This document shows, one piece after another, positions 32,823 to 41,762 of a DNA stretch of 64,000 bases (the first letter of the stretch is position 1; every line of letters begins with the position of its first letter). Position numbers and translations under genes: made by a program. Location of the stretch: assembly GCA_002361625.1 (NCBI GenBank), contig DETL01000011.1, positions 39,407 through 103,406 on the forward strand, read 5' to 3'. A model generated the notes under the pieces. That model searched no databases. It saw nothing but the letters and a program-made list of their open reading frames with translations, and had not been told where the DNA came from. This DNA is from Bacteroidales bacterium UBA3289 (lineage in GTDB: Bacteria > Bacteroidota > Bacteroidia > Bacteroidales > UBA932).

Positions 32823-32850
32823 TGCCCGGCAGGTCCGGGCATCTTTTTTC
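32823..32850 (+). terminator. Terminator of the gua operon
   Basis: TGCCCGG..CCGGGCA followed by a T tract. Confidence 0.7.
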
Positions 32851-32920
32851 TTAAAAATCGCCTGATACCTATTGCGGATTCAGAAAAAAACCGTACATTT
32901 GCAGTCCCGTTTTGGGAAAT

Positions 32921-32991
32921 TGAGATATGGTGTAATGGTAGCACTACAGATTCTGGCTCTGTCAGTGAGGGTTCGAGTCCTTCTATCTCAA
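32921..32991 (+). tRNA. tRNA-Gln(CTG)
   Basis: Cloverleaf, anticodon arm ACAGA-TTCTGGC-TCTGT, GGTTCGAGTCC T-arm; upstream TACATTTG promoter. Confidence 0.95.
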
Positions 32992-33036
32992 CGAAAATCA
33001 GCCTTTTGAAGCTGATTTTTATTTTGAAAACGGTAT

Positions 33037-33110
33037 GGCGGGGTAGCTCAGCTGGTTAGAGCGTCGGATTCATAATCCGGAGGTCGTGGGATCGTGACCC
33101 ACTCCCGCTA
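33037..33110 (+). tRNA. tRNA-Met(CAT), elongator type (or Ile2)
   Basis: GGCGGGG/TCCCGCT acceptor, TCGGA-TTCATAA-TCCGG; T-loop ATCGTGA is non-canonical. Confidence 0.9.
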
Positions 33111-33117
33111 CGAGTTT

Positions 33118-33205
33118 GAGGGGGCTCTGCCCCCTAATACCCCCGCGGCTCCCGGCCTATAAGTCCTTACGGACACGGCCTCCGCCGGGCGCTCTGATGA
33201 GCGCC
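33118..33205 (+). ncRNA. Structured GC-rich element, Acido-Lenti-1-like
   Basis: AGGGGG-CTCTG-CCCCCT hairpin, ACCCCC, nested GGCC/GTCC-TTAC-GGAC/GGCC, GGCGCTC-TGAT-GAGCGCC; family call tentative. Confidence 0.4.
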
Positions 33206-33244
33206 GTGACAGGGAAAAAGATCGTAATACCTATATATGTGGAG

Positions 33245-33269
33245 ACTGCCCTTCGTGGCGGTTTTTTTG
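33245..33269 (+). terminator. Terminator downstream of the tRNA cluster
   Basis: ACTGCC-cttcgt-GGCGGT plus T tract. Confidence 0.65.
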
Positions 33270-33341
33270 TTGTTTCCCTTGCTGAGCCGGCTGTTTGATG
33301 GGATGTTATGGACCTAAGGGGTTTGTGCTGCCCGGCTTGTG

Positions 33342-33495
33342 TGTACAAACCTCGTTTGTACAAGAAACAGTCAGCAGAACGACGATTCCATGTACAAGTC
33401 CCGCCGACTCGGCCGATTATCGACCCGATTCCGAAAGACTTGTGCAGAAAACCCCGTCCAGAGACCCCTTTTGGTGTACAAACGAGACTTGTACA
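33342..33495. repeat. Nested palindromic REP/MITE-like element
   Basis: TGTACAAACCTCGTTTGTACA (33342-33362) inverted against TGTACAAACGAGACTTGTACA (33475-33495); inner pair TGTACAAGTC/GACTTGTGCA. Confidence 0.6.
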
Positions 33496-33667
33496 TAGCA
33501 ACATTGACTCCGCCGGACAGATTCACCTCGAAGAAACCGGCATCGCACTAATTCCAGTTGTCGATGAATATGAGATTGTGAAGTAGAATGAATGAAAAAG
33601 GGCATTGCGTCCCTTTTTCTTTTCTTGTTTGGTTGTGTGGGGGTGTGATTTTTGCAGATGCCAGAGC

Positions 33668-34717
33668 ATGAAGTCGTTGCAAATCATCTTCCTGCAGGCA
33701 TGCTTACTAATTCTGGCGGCATGTGGCCCCAAAGGGCCCCGTGTCGTACAGAAGGAGGGCTTTACGCTCATTTACGATACATTGGAGGTGGACGTGAGCA
33801 GTATCGAACTTCCGGATATGTGGTTGTATTTTGTGAGGGCCGTGCCCTTGGAGGATGGGTATCTATGTGCGTTCGAGCAAAAGAAACCAGGGCCTTATTC
33901 TCCTTACCCCCAGAGATATCTACTGAAAGCCAATCGGAAAACGGGTCAGACCCATATCGTCGATTTCCCGTGCAAGGATGACCTTTATTGGAGCATTCGG
34001 GAAAGAAACGGTGCTATATATATGAATTATCCCGAGTGGTGTGATACGATGTGGCGTTTCATTCCGGATCGGGAAACATGGGAGGACGCGACCGACTATC
34101 GGGATGTCGTCTATGAAGATGAGGATTATCGGATCTATTGCAAGAGAATGCGTTATTCCCCATACCATACCTGGTTTATGGACAAACAGACGGGAGAGCA
34201 GTATTTCTTCCCGGTCGCCGCCGGCCAGGTTCTCCGGTTCAACGGCTATTTCTATTTCACAGACCATGAACGATTCCGTGGACTGGCCGATCCGAAGGTC
34301 GGTCTCCTCTGCGACAGCCTATCCAACTATGCGGCGGCGCTTGCCGAGCCCTCTGGCATGATGCCTCCGGCCCTCCGCTCCCACTACCGGGAAATGAAGG
34401 CGTTTGGCAACATCTATGCTTTTGGGGAAGGAGATGATGGCTGGTATGGGTGCGAAGGTCCGTTAACGCCGCCATCCGACACGGTTTTCAACGCATCTTT
34501 TAAGGCGCAGAAGGCGCTTTATCAAATCGTTACCGACCCGGAGACAACCTGGGTCGCCCAAGTTACAGGCCAGGGCCTGAAAAGGATAGTGGACTTGGGT
34601 AAGCACTATGATGCATACCGCATCGGTCGGGCAATGCTGTATTATGAAGATGATGACGCGAATGCCGGTATCATCGAACTGGGCGACACCCTTCGCTTCC
34701 ACCACCTGCACTTCTGA
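33668..34717 (+). CDS. Hypothetical lipoprotein (island cargo)
   Basis: LLILAAC lipobox; 349-aa ORF. Confidence 0.7.
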   Translation: MKSLQIIFLQACLLILAACGPKGPRVVQKEGFTLIYDTLEVDVSSIELPDMWLYFVRAVPLEDGYLCAFEQKKPGPYSPYPQRYLLKANRKTGQTHIVDFPCKDDLYWSIRERNGAIYMNYPEWCDTMWRFIPDRETWEDATDYRDVVYEDEDYRIYCKRMRYSPYHTWFMDKQTGEQYFFPVAAGQVLRFNGYFYFTDHERFRGLADPKVGLLCDSLSNYAAALAEPSGMMPPALRSHYREMKAFGNIYAFGEGDDGWYGCEGPLTPPSDTVFNASFKAQKALYQIVTDPETTWVAQVTGQGLKRIVDLGKHYDAYRIGRAMLYYEDDDANAGIIELGDTLRFHHLHF

Positions 34718-34727
34718 TGAACAGCAA

Positions 34728-35105
34728 ATGAAACAATCATTTTCCATAAAAGCCCGGCTCTCCAGTTTTGCAAACGCCTTTCGGGGCCTGTTTGTCTATA
34801 TCCGGCAGGAACATAACGCATGGATTCACTGTATTATTGCAGTTCTGGTTGTTATAGCAGGAATCCATTTCCGCATTTCCCTGACAGAGTGGGTGGCGGT
34901 TGTCTTTGCTATCGGATTGGTTTTGGCAGCAGAAGCCTTCAACTCTTCCATTGAACGGATTTCCGATGTTGTTCAACCCGAAAAAGACGAAAGAATCCGG
35001 GACGTAAAGGATATTAGTGCTGGAGCGGTCCTTCTCTGTGCCATTACAGCTGCGGTGATAGGCGTAATAGTCTTTTTGCCGAAAATCCTAGGGCTGTTTT
35101 CCTAA
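34728..35105 (+). CDS. dgkA: Diacylglycerol/undecaprenol kinase family protein
   Basis: SFANAFRG..QEHN, EAFNSSIE, KDISAGAVL; three TM helices. Confidence 0.88.
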   Translation: MKQSFSIKARLSSFANAFRGLFVYIRQEHNAWIHCIIAVLVVIAGIHFRISLTEWVAVVFAIGLVLAAEAFNSSIERISDVVQPEKDERIRDVKDISAGAVLLCAITAAVIGVIVFLPKILGLFS

Positions 35106-35244
35106 TTCCTTTGTACCGCACTTTGGCCATATTCACGTCTACCTTTGCGGATATGATGTGAAGTAACGCTATGGAGAAAGGGCTCGTGCTCTTTTTCTTT
35201 TCGACTGATTGTCTTATATTTACACCGATAAATCAGTTAGCACC

Positions 35245-35997
35245 ATGAAGCCGGCCTTTCTATTTGCACTTTGCATTCTGACCGCCGTTTCTTTGTCGGC
35301 ACAAAAAAAGCGTTTACTTCTGCCATCGCAGCCGATGAGGGCGGATATTACCGTTGGCGATTATGAGCCTGCTATTTCCGTTGCGGTAAACAACATGATT
35401 CGTCACGAAAAGCGATTCCTGTCCACGTCTGACATTTTCGACATCCACCTCAATCCAGAACAGAACGTGCTCATTGTCTCTGCAAGGGTAGATGATGAAT
35501 TCAACCATTACTTTGCCATTATCAGTCCAAAAGACACCACTGTAAAGCCAGTGTTTATCCCTGATGAGGAGAAACTGGTTTGGGTCTCGCCTGTTTCTAA
35601 AGACACCATTATGATGTGTAACGACTGCTTTGACTGGTATTCCGAGTTTTATTCGTTGTCATTTTCGCCTGAAGAAGTCCTAATTGACTACCACGACTTG
35701 CCTAATAAGATGATAACTTTAGCCGGGAAACTGTTTTTCTGGTGTGATGATACAGACCCTCAGTCAAAAGAAATCATTGACAAACTGATGGACATGGGAC
35801 GTGTTGATTTCCTCGTAAAGGAGAATGCTCTCGGATGGGGAGTCATCGACGATGGTAAAGAAGTTATATGCTATGACTTAGAGGCATTGACTCAAGGTAA
35901 AATCAAGAAGTACCACGACTATGGTATTGGGGGTAAGGGCTTTCGAGCCAGGCTTCGTCAAGGTTGGTATCTATTGTGGCATCCTCAACGGGACTAA
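35245..35997 (+). CDS. Hypothetical exported protein (island cargo)
   Basis: Signal peptide MKPAFLF..LSAQ; AT-rich. Confidence 0.65.
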   Translation: MKPAFLFALCILTAVSLSAQKKRLLLPSQPMRADITVGDYEPAISVAVNNMIRHEKRFLSTSDIFDIHLNPEQNVLIVSARVDDEFNHYFAIISPKDTTVKPVFIPDEEKLVWVSPVSKDTIMMCNDCFDWYSEFYSLSFSPEEVLIDYHDLPNKMITLAGKLFFWCDDTDPQSKEIIDKLMDMGRVDFLVKENALGWGVIDDGKEVICYDLEALTQGKIKKYHDYGIGGKGFRARLRQGWYLLWHPQRD

Positions 35998-36249
35998 ACA
36001 GAGATGGTGGAAATAAAGCATTAAACCATTCTCCCTTCTGATTATCAACTTAACACAAACTCTTAAGGTGTTACATTCGGCAACGGTGTATCGCTATTTT
36101 GTATGACGGCGGTATAACCCTTAAGAGCGGACGGCGGGGTTTGCTGTGTATCGTGACGGGAAGGTGGTGGCGCAGTATACGGCAATGGGAAGATGAAGAA
36201 AAGAGGCCGTTCTGTTCTCTTTACCAATGCTTTCTATCCTCTTGCTTTG

Positions 36250-36555
36250 ACTGGTCGCATATATGGTCGCAGATTTGGAAAGTGATGAGATCGCTCTACA
36301 ATCTGCTGGAAAGGGTATTTGATAGGGTAAATAGAGATGGTAGTGTTTGCGGGCAGGTGACCCACTCCCGCTACGAAACTGAACAATATCGATATTCTCT
36401 ATATATGCCCGTCACTGTTCCCAGTGATGGTTTTTTATTTTCTATCAGCTTGTTACAACCGATCATCCCAAGATTGTGGAGAACAATCGAACAAGGTGAG
36501 AACAGGGCTTTCTATCCAAAAACTTGCAAAATCTGTGACCATATATGCGACCAGT
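36250..36555. other. attP-like junction: inverted arm-type sites around the tRNA core, plus an IHF-like site
   Basis: 36250-36276 is the reverse complement (26/27) of 36529-36555, each holding tandem TGYGACCA; core at 36357-36376; WATCARNNNNTTR match at 36443-36455. Confidence 0.65.
36409..36542. repeat. 134-bp inverted repeat, left copy
   Basis: Exact reverse complement of 38311-38444 by manual alignment. Confidence 0.95.
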
Positions 36556-36585
36556 GTATTCAGCAAATTAAACTGGTCACAAATT

Positions 36586-37734
36586 ATGAGTAGAAGTACA
36601 GCAAATGTCTCATTCTATTGCCGTGAGAGCAAGAAAAACAAAGATGGGTTAGCGCCCATTGAACTGGTCATTATCCTGAATACACGGAGGTGTTTCATCC
36701 AACTCCCAAGGAAAGAATACCCCTCTCAATTCAAAGCACAGACACAGGGGAAGAAAAGGACAGACTTGATAGAATACCTGGATGGTATCAGGGCAAGACT
36801 GAACCAGATTACCACCACCTTTCTTATGGAAGGTCAGCCCTTGACCGCTGACGCGCTCAAAGCCTACTTCCAGAATGGAGGTTATGTGCTCTATACCATT
36901 GGAGACCTCTTCAATGACTATATGCACATCCTGTCAAAGAGGGTGGGGAAAGACCTCACAGCAAGGTCATACAGGAAATATGAGATAGCAAGGGACAAGC
37001 TCTATCAGGTCATCTCCCCCAAAGAACCAGTCTCAGCTATCACCAAAGCAGTCATTCTGGACTATCAGGCATCTATGAACCAATACCTGGACTATGTGAC
37101 TACCAATGGTTACTGCCAGAGGGTGAAGACCATCGTTCAGTTTGGGATAGATAACGGGAAAATCAAGATCAATCCCTTCAGTGGAATCCATTTGAGGAAG
37201 GGGGAAAAGAGCGTACAGTTTCTATCAGAAGAAGAGGTTGATAAGATACGAACAACAGACTTCCACAATGAGAGTTTGAACAGAGTAAGAGACCTGTTTG
37301 TGTTCCAGGCAGCATCAGGACTCTCCTATACAGATATGGCCAAGCTGGTGCCAACAGACTTCCAGATAACGGAAGATGGTCAATACTACATACACGACAA
37401 GCGCAACAAGACCGGGGTGTTCTATACCGCTGTCATCTTGGAGCAAGGGGTGGAGATTCTCAAAAAGTATCACTTCAAACTCCCTATCATCGGGAATCAT
37501 AAACTCAATGTCTATCTGAAAACCATCAGGGACCTGTGCGGGATTGATAAACCTATCTTTTCCCACGTTGCCAGACACACCTATGCTACCAGGTGCCTGA
37601 ACAGAGGAATACGCTTGGAGGTGGTAGCAAAACTCCTTGGTCACAGCACAACCAGAATAACACAGCACTATGCAAAACTCCTTAAAGACAATATTATCAA
37701 TGAAGTAAGTGATGCCTTCAAGAAATCCTATTGA
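36586..37734 (+). CDS. Tyrosine recombinase/integrase (Bacteroidetes IntDOT-like)
   Basis: N-terminal arm-binding region (KNKDGLAPI), SAM-like domain, SGLSYTD (Ser for the first Arg), KTG, HVARH, LLGH, TQHYA. Confidence 0.93.
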   Translation: MSRSTANVSFYCRESKKNKDGLAPIELVIILNTRRCFIQLPRKEYPSQFKAQTQGKKRTDLIEYLDGIRARLNQITTTFLMEGQPLTADALKAYFQNGGYVLYTIGDLFNDYMHILSKRVGKDLTARSYRKYEIARDKLYQVISPKEPVSAITKAVILDYQASMNQYLDYVTTNGYCQRVKTIVQFGIDNGKIKINPFSGIHLRKGEKSVQFLSEEEVDKIRTTDFHNESLNRVRDLFVFQAASGLSYTDMAKLVPTDFQITEDGQYYIHDKRNKTGVFYTAVILEQGVEILKKYHFKLPIIGNHKLNVYLKTIRDLCGIDKPIFSHVARHTYATRCLNRGIRLEVVAKLLGHSTTRITQHYAKLLKDNIINEVSDAFKKSY

Positions 37735-37848
37735 TAGAAGAGCATTTTTCGACCCCATTGCATCTCGTCGTTGTCACACCGCCTTTTTGGAGATGTTTAG
37801 AAATGTGGTTATCTTTACTTCACATAGGGTATAACAATTCATTATATT

Positions 37849-38310
37849 ATGACAACTACAACAATTGGCGAGATACGACTACTTAAATCTCCCAGTTCTG
37901 CCATAGACTGGTTATGGTCTTTTTGTGATGAAAAAGTTACATTTAAGCTTCCTTCCGACAAACAGAGATGGATGTCGGCAACTTGCAAGTGTATCAAGTT
38001 TGTTCGCGTGGTAGAGAGTTTACGTCATTTCTATCCAGAACTCAAAAACAATTATTTCTTTGAAACCTGGAATAGAATCTTAATCAGTGATAGAACTTTT
38101 TGGCTCTCATATGATAGAAAAAAAATGACGATTAAACTAAATACAGCATTTGGCGTTCGTGGAGCTATCTATAATCAATTTCTTGGGCTAACTGGGAATT
38201 TCATAGAGTATATTGATTCTATGATTCATCAGATTTATCGAGAAATGCCTAGCGCCGTGGCACAATCAATTGTTGATGAATGCAAAGCAACCGCAGTCGC
38301 TGATTATTAA
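37849..38310 (+). CDS. Orphan hypothetical protein, 153 aa
   Basis: AT-rich ORF with upstream TATCTTTA box; stop codon abuts the right IR. Confidence 0.65.
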   Translation: MTTTTIGEIRLLKSPSSAIDWLWSFCDEKVTFKLPSDKQRWMSATCKCIKFVRVVESLRHFYPELKNNYFFETWNRILISDRTFWLSYDRKKMTIKLNTAFGVRGAIYNQFLGLTGNFIEYIDSMIHQIYREMPSAVAQSIVDECKATAVADY

Positions 38311-38444
38311 ATGGTCACAGATTTTGCAAGTTTTTGGATAGAAAGCCCTGTTCTCACCTTGTTCGATTGTTCTCCACAATCTTGGGATGATCGGTTGTAA
38401 CAAGCTGATAGAAAATAAAAAACCATCACTGGGAACAGTGACGG
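38311..38444. repeat. 134-bp inverted repeat, right copy
   Basis: Reverse complement of 36409-36542; ends in hairpin CCATCACTG-GGAA-CAGTGACGG followed by a T tract. Confidence 0.95.
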
Positions 38445-38498
38445 TTTTTTTTCTTTCCGGCGATTTGTCTTATATTTATGCCGACAAAACGGAAAAGT

Positions 38499-39911
38499 AT
38501 GCGATTTCTCATGCCCATAACGGCATTATTCCTAGTATGCGCCTCCTGTGCGCGTCAGGACCGTCATGCAGATTACGTGCTGGAGTGGAAAGGGGACGGA
38601 CTGAAGGTGACGCTCAAGGTCAATACCCCGCTGGATACCGTGCGCTTCACGTATGCATCGGAGAACGGGGGGCAGAAGGACCAGATGAGTTGGTTTCAGG
38701 AGTTTGCGGTGGAAAGAGGTTCCGTGTCCATCGATTCGGCCAGCAGGACGCTGACCATTGTCCCTCAGAGGAACCAAGCGGAGTTTTCCTATGTGGTGCG
38801 CTGTACGCTTCCGGAAGGCTATGGCTCGCCGGGCGGATGCCTGATGGACGTTTTCCGGCCGGACATCGACCAGGAGATGCTGTTTTCGCGGACCGAGAAC
38901 ATTTTTGCCGTTCCGGTGGACGATGGGGAAATGCCCGTTACGGTCGAGTGGGCTTCCACGCCGCCTTATCCGGTGTTCTGTATGTACAATCCCGGAAAAG
39001 GCACCGACAGGTTCCAGGGTGTCGCCGGCGACATCGCCTGGTCCGTCATGGCCGGGGATCCGCTGCTGACGGTGGATACCGTTATGGTGGGTGGTGGAAA
39101 GCACTATCTGGTAACGGCGTTGAGAAAGGATGTCGATCTGAACAAGAAACAGCTCAAGGAGTACTTCCACGCTTTCTACGGCACCATCTCCGATTTCTGG
39201 GGAGACGCGTATTCCGGACCTTATTCCATGCTCTTTTTCCCGTTCAGGAACAATACCTGGGAAGCGACCGGAAACGGTTTCACGAACGGCTTCTTCTCCC
39301 GGTACGATGCCACGGCGGATACCATCCTGACCATCAACCGCCGGGACCTGTTTACGCATGAGATCGGGCACAAGTGGCTGAACGACGGCCCTGTATGGTT
39401 CCCGGAAGGGTTCAACGAGATGCAGACCGCCTATCAGCTGGTCGCTTCGGGGCTGGACGACCCGTCCTATTTCGCCACCTACTTCAACCACGCCCTCTCC
39501 GGGCTTTTCCACAACCCTTACCGCAATGTCCCTGACGAAGAGGCGGAAGAGAAGTTCTGGGAGGACGGAGATTATATCTGGCTTCTCTATTGGCGCGGCT
39601 TCAGCTATGCCTTCCACCTTTGCGGCGTTTACGAGAAAGAGACCGGCCGCCCGAATGCCTGGAAGCCCATCATGCAGGCCGTGAAGCCTTTCATCGACGA
39701 TTTTACTGCGGAGAAGTTCCTGACGGCCATGGCCTCCTTGATGGACAAGGAGCGCCTGGAGAAGGATTATGAAAAGTATATCCTGCAGGGTGCCGATTTC
39801 GATTTCCTTCCGGAAGACATGCCGTCCGGTTGCCGGATCGTCCGAAATGCCGAGGGCGTTCCCCGGCTGGAGATAACGGACGAAGCCGCTTTCGCGAAGC
39901 ATTTCCAATAA
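38499..39911 (+). CDS. Lipoprotein zinc metallopeptidase (M1/M61-like gluzincin)
   Basis: Lipobox ASC; HEIGH..WFPEG motif. Confidence 0.75.
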   Translation: MRFLMPITALFLVCASCARQDRHADYVLEWKGDGLKVTLKVNTPLDTVRFTYASENGGQKDQMSWFQEFAVERGSVSIDSASRTLTIVPQRNQAEFSYVVRCTLPEGYGSPGGCLMDVFRPDIDQEMLFSRTENIFAVPVDDGEMPVTVEWASTPPYPVFCMYNPGKGTDRFQGVAGDIAWSVMAGDPLLTVDTVMVGGGKHYLVTALRKDVDLNKKQLKEYFHAFYGTISDFWGDAYSGPYSMLFFPFRNNTWEATGNGFTNGFFSRYDATADTILTINRRDLFTHEIGHKWLNDGPVWFPEGFNEMQTAYQLVASGLDDPSYFATYFNHALSGLFHNPYRNVPDEEAEEKFWEDGDYIWLLYWRGFSYAFHLCGVYEKETGRPNAWKPIMQAVKPFIDDFTAEKFLTAMASLMDKERLEKDYEKYILQGADFDFLPEDMPSGCRIVRNAEGVPRLEITDEAAFAKHFQ

Positions 39912-39917
39912 AAGCCG

Positions 39918-41228
39918 ATGAAGAAGATCCCGAATACCTATGTAATCATCGCGGCGCTCATCGTTCTGTGCGCGGTCCTGACGTGGTTCGTCCCCGGCGG
40001 AACCTATGTCACGGGGGAAGACGGGACGCTGTCCTACGAGCGGGTGGAGGCGGCCCCGCAGACCTGGCAGGTGTTCTCCGCCGTCTATCACGGGTTTGTC
40101 AAGCAGGCGGGGATCATCATCTTCATCCTCGTCGTGGGCGGGGCCTTCTGGCTGCTCAATGCGACGGGAGCCGTCACGGCAGGCATCAGCCGCTTCATCG
40201 CCCGGGTGGGCCGGCGGGACAAGTGGGTGCTCGTCTCCATCACCGTCCTGTTTTCCCTGGCCGGGGCTGTATTCGGCATGAGCGAGGAGACGATTCCTTT
40301 CGTGGGGATCGTGGTCCCGCTGGTGGTGTCCATGGGGTATGATGCTCTGATGGGTATGCTCATCGTGTATGTGGCGTCCAACATCGGCTTTTCCGCCGCC
40401 TTCCTGAATCCGTTCACCGTCGGGATCGCGCAGGATATGGCCGGTCTGCCCCTGTTCTCCGGGATGGGATACCGCGTGTTCTGCTGGGGTGTCCTCACGG
40501 CGCTTACTGCGCTTTTCGTGGTTATTTATGCCCATAAGACCCGGAAAGCCCCCGCGGAAGCCGTCCGGTTGGAGGATACACCGCTCACGACCCGCCAAGG
40601 CTGGATTCTCGTCGTCCTGCTCCTAACCGTCATTGCCCTCATCGTCGGGGTGACCGTCTGGGAATGGTATCTGCCGGAGATCACGGCCCTTTTCCTGGGA
40701 ATGGGGATCGTGTGCGGAATCATCGCCGGTTTCGGGGCCAACCGGATCGCCGAAGAATTTCTTGCCGGGGCCAAGGACATCCTTTCCGCCGCCCTCGTCG
40801 TGGGTTTTGCCTCCGGGATCATTGTCATCCTCCAGGACGGCCATGTCGTGGACAGTATCCTCCATGGGATGCAGGAAGGACTGGACGGGACCGGCCCCGT
40901 CGCTTCCCTGTCGGCCATGTACGGCATCCAGGCCCTCATCAACTTCCTGATTCCCAGCGCTACGGCGAAGGCCGCCATCACGATTCCCATCATGGCTCCC
41001 TTTGCCGACATGGTGGGCGTCTCCCGTCAGGCGATGGTGCTGGCCTTCCAGTTCGGCGACGGATTCACGAACATGGTCACCCCTACCTCCGGCGTTCTCA
41101 TCGCCGCCCTGGCGATGGCCCGCATCCCCTATGCGAAATGGGTAAAATGGATTTGGAAAGGTGTGGTCGCCCTCCTCGTCATCGGATGGGTCCTGCTTGT
41201 CGGAACGGTTTTCGTCCCTTCATTCTGA
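39918..41228 (+). CDS. YfcC-family membrane transporter
   Basis: KIPNTY, GMSEET, NPFTVGIAQ, AFQFGDG. Confidence 0.88.
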   Translation: MKKIPNTYVIIAALIVLCAVLTWFVPGGTYVTGEDGTLSYERVEAAPQTWQVFSAVYHGFVKQAGIIIFILVVGGAFWLLNATGAVTAGISRFIARVGRRDKWVLVSITVLFSLAGAVFGMSEETIPFVGIVVPLVVSMGYDALMGMLIVYVASNIGFSAAFLNPFTVGIAQDMAGLPLFSGMGYRVFCWGVLTALTALFVVIYAHKTRKAPAEAVRLEDTPLTTRQGWILVVLLLTVIALIVGVTVWEWYLPEITALFLGMGIVCGIIAGFGANRIAEEFLAGAKDILSAALVVGFASGIIVILQDGHVVDSILHGMQEGLDGTGPVASLSAMYGIQALINFLIPSATAKAAITIPIMAPFADMVGVSRQAMVLAFQFGDGFTNMVTPTSGVLIAALAMARIPYAKWVKWIWKGVVALLVIGWVLLVGTVFVPSF

Positions 41229-41282
41229 TTTCCGGAAAAAATAGTATATTTGCTTGCCAGACAACACGTAACACACAGCGAT

Positions 41283-41759
41283 ATGAAAACTCTCAAGCAC
41301 ATTGTCGCGGCGGTCGCCGCCCTGTCCATCCTTACGTCCTGCTCCGTCCTCAAGGGACTTACCTCCAGCGCGGCCTCTGCGGGCAGTAACACCGGGTCGG
41401 CCATCGCCGCCATCTACAACATCTTCAAATCGACCGGAGGAATCGACCTGAACAACATCACCACCCTGATCAATCTGGGCAAGATCCTGTCCGGGGCCCA
41501 ATCCCTGACCGGCGCTACGGAGGCTTTCACCAGCGATTTCACCTCCGGCCTGATCAGCGGATCTTCGAATCTGGTCAATTCTGCCAATGTTGCCAGCGTG
41601 CTGAGCGGTCTCAAGTCACTGGCCAACATCAATACGTCGGCCATCACCAAGGCGACGTCGGCCTATTCCGCCAACGGTACGGCGCCCGCCCTGACCAATT
41701 CCACGGAAGGGGTTTCCGCAACGGTTTCCGCGCTGACAAAGCTCATGAAGGCTTTGTAA
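41283..41759 (+). CDS. Small Ser/Thr/Ala-rich lipoprotein
   Basis: LTSC lipobox. Confidence 0.7.
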   Translation: MKTLKHIVAAVAALSILTSCSVLKGLTSSAASAGSNTGSAIAAIYNIFKSTGGIDLNNITTLINLGKILSGAQSLTGATEAFTSDFTSGLISGSSNLVNSANVASVLSGLKSLANINTSAITKATSAYSANGTAPALTNSTEGVSATVSALTKLMKAL

Positions 41760-41762
41760 GGA

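Larger units (their letters stand above)
33094..36376. mobile_element. Small genomic island at the tRNA-Met 3' end
   Basis: 20-bp direct repeat GTGACCCACTCCCGCTACGA at 33094-33113 and 36357-36376; lower-GC cargo; no internal integrase. Confidence 0.75.
36409..38444. mobile_element. 2036-bp integrase unit flanked by long inverted repeats
   Basis: 134-bp IRs enclose a tyrosine recombinase and one orphan ORF; AT-rich. Confidence 0.7.

Noticed and set aside
33189-33216. CTGATGAG...GAAA resembling a hammerhead ribozyme core
   Set aside because: CTGATGAG lies within the hairpin GGCGCTC-TGAT-GAGCGCC, and stems II/III cannot be formed convincingly.
36048-36127. Imperfect hairpin CTCTTAAGGTGTTA..TAACCCTTAAGAG as an integron attC site
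   Set aside because: No correctly placed GTTRRRY R' box, no array of such sites, and the integrase is not IntI-like.
36099-36593. 164-aa ORF over the att region, and 38387-39361 starting in the right IR
   Set aside because: They overlap recombination sites, repeats or a better-supported gene, and have no protein-like features.
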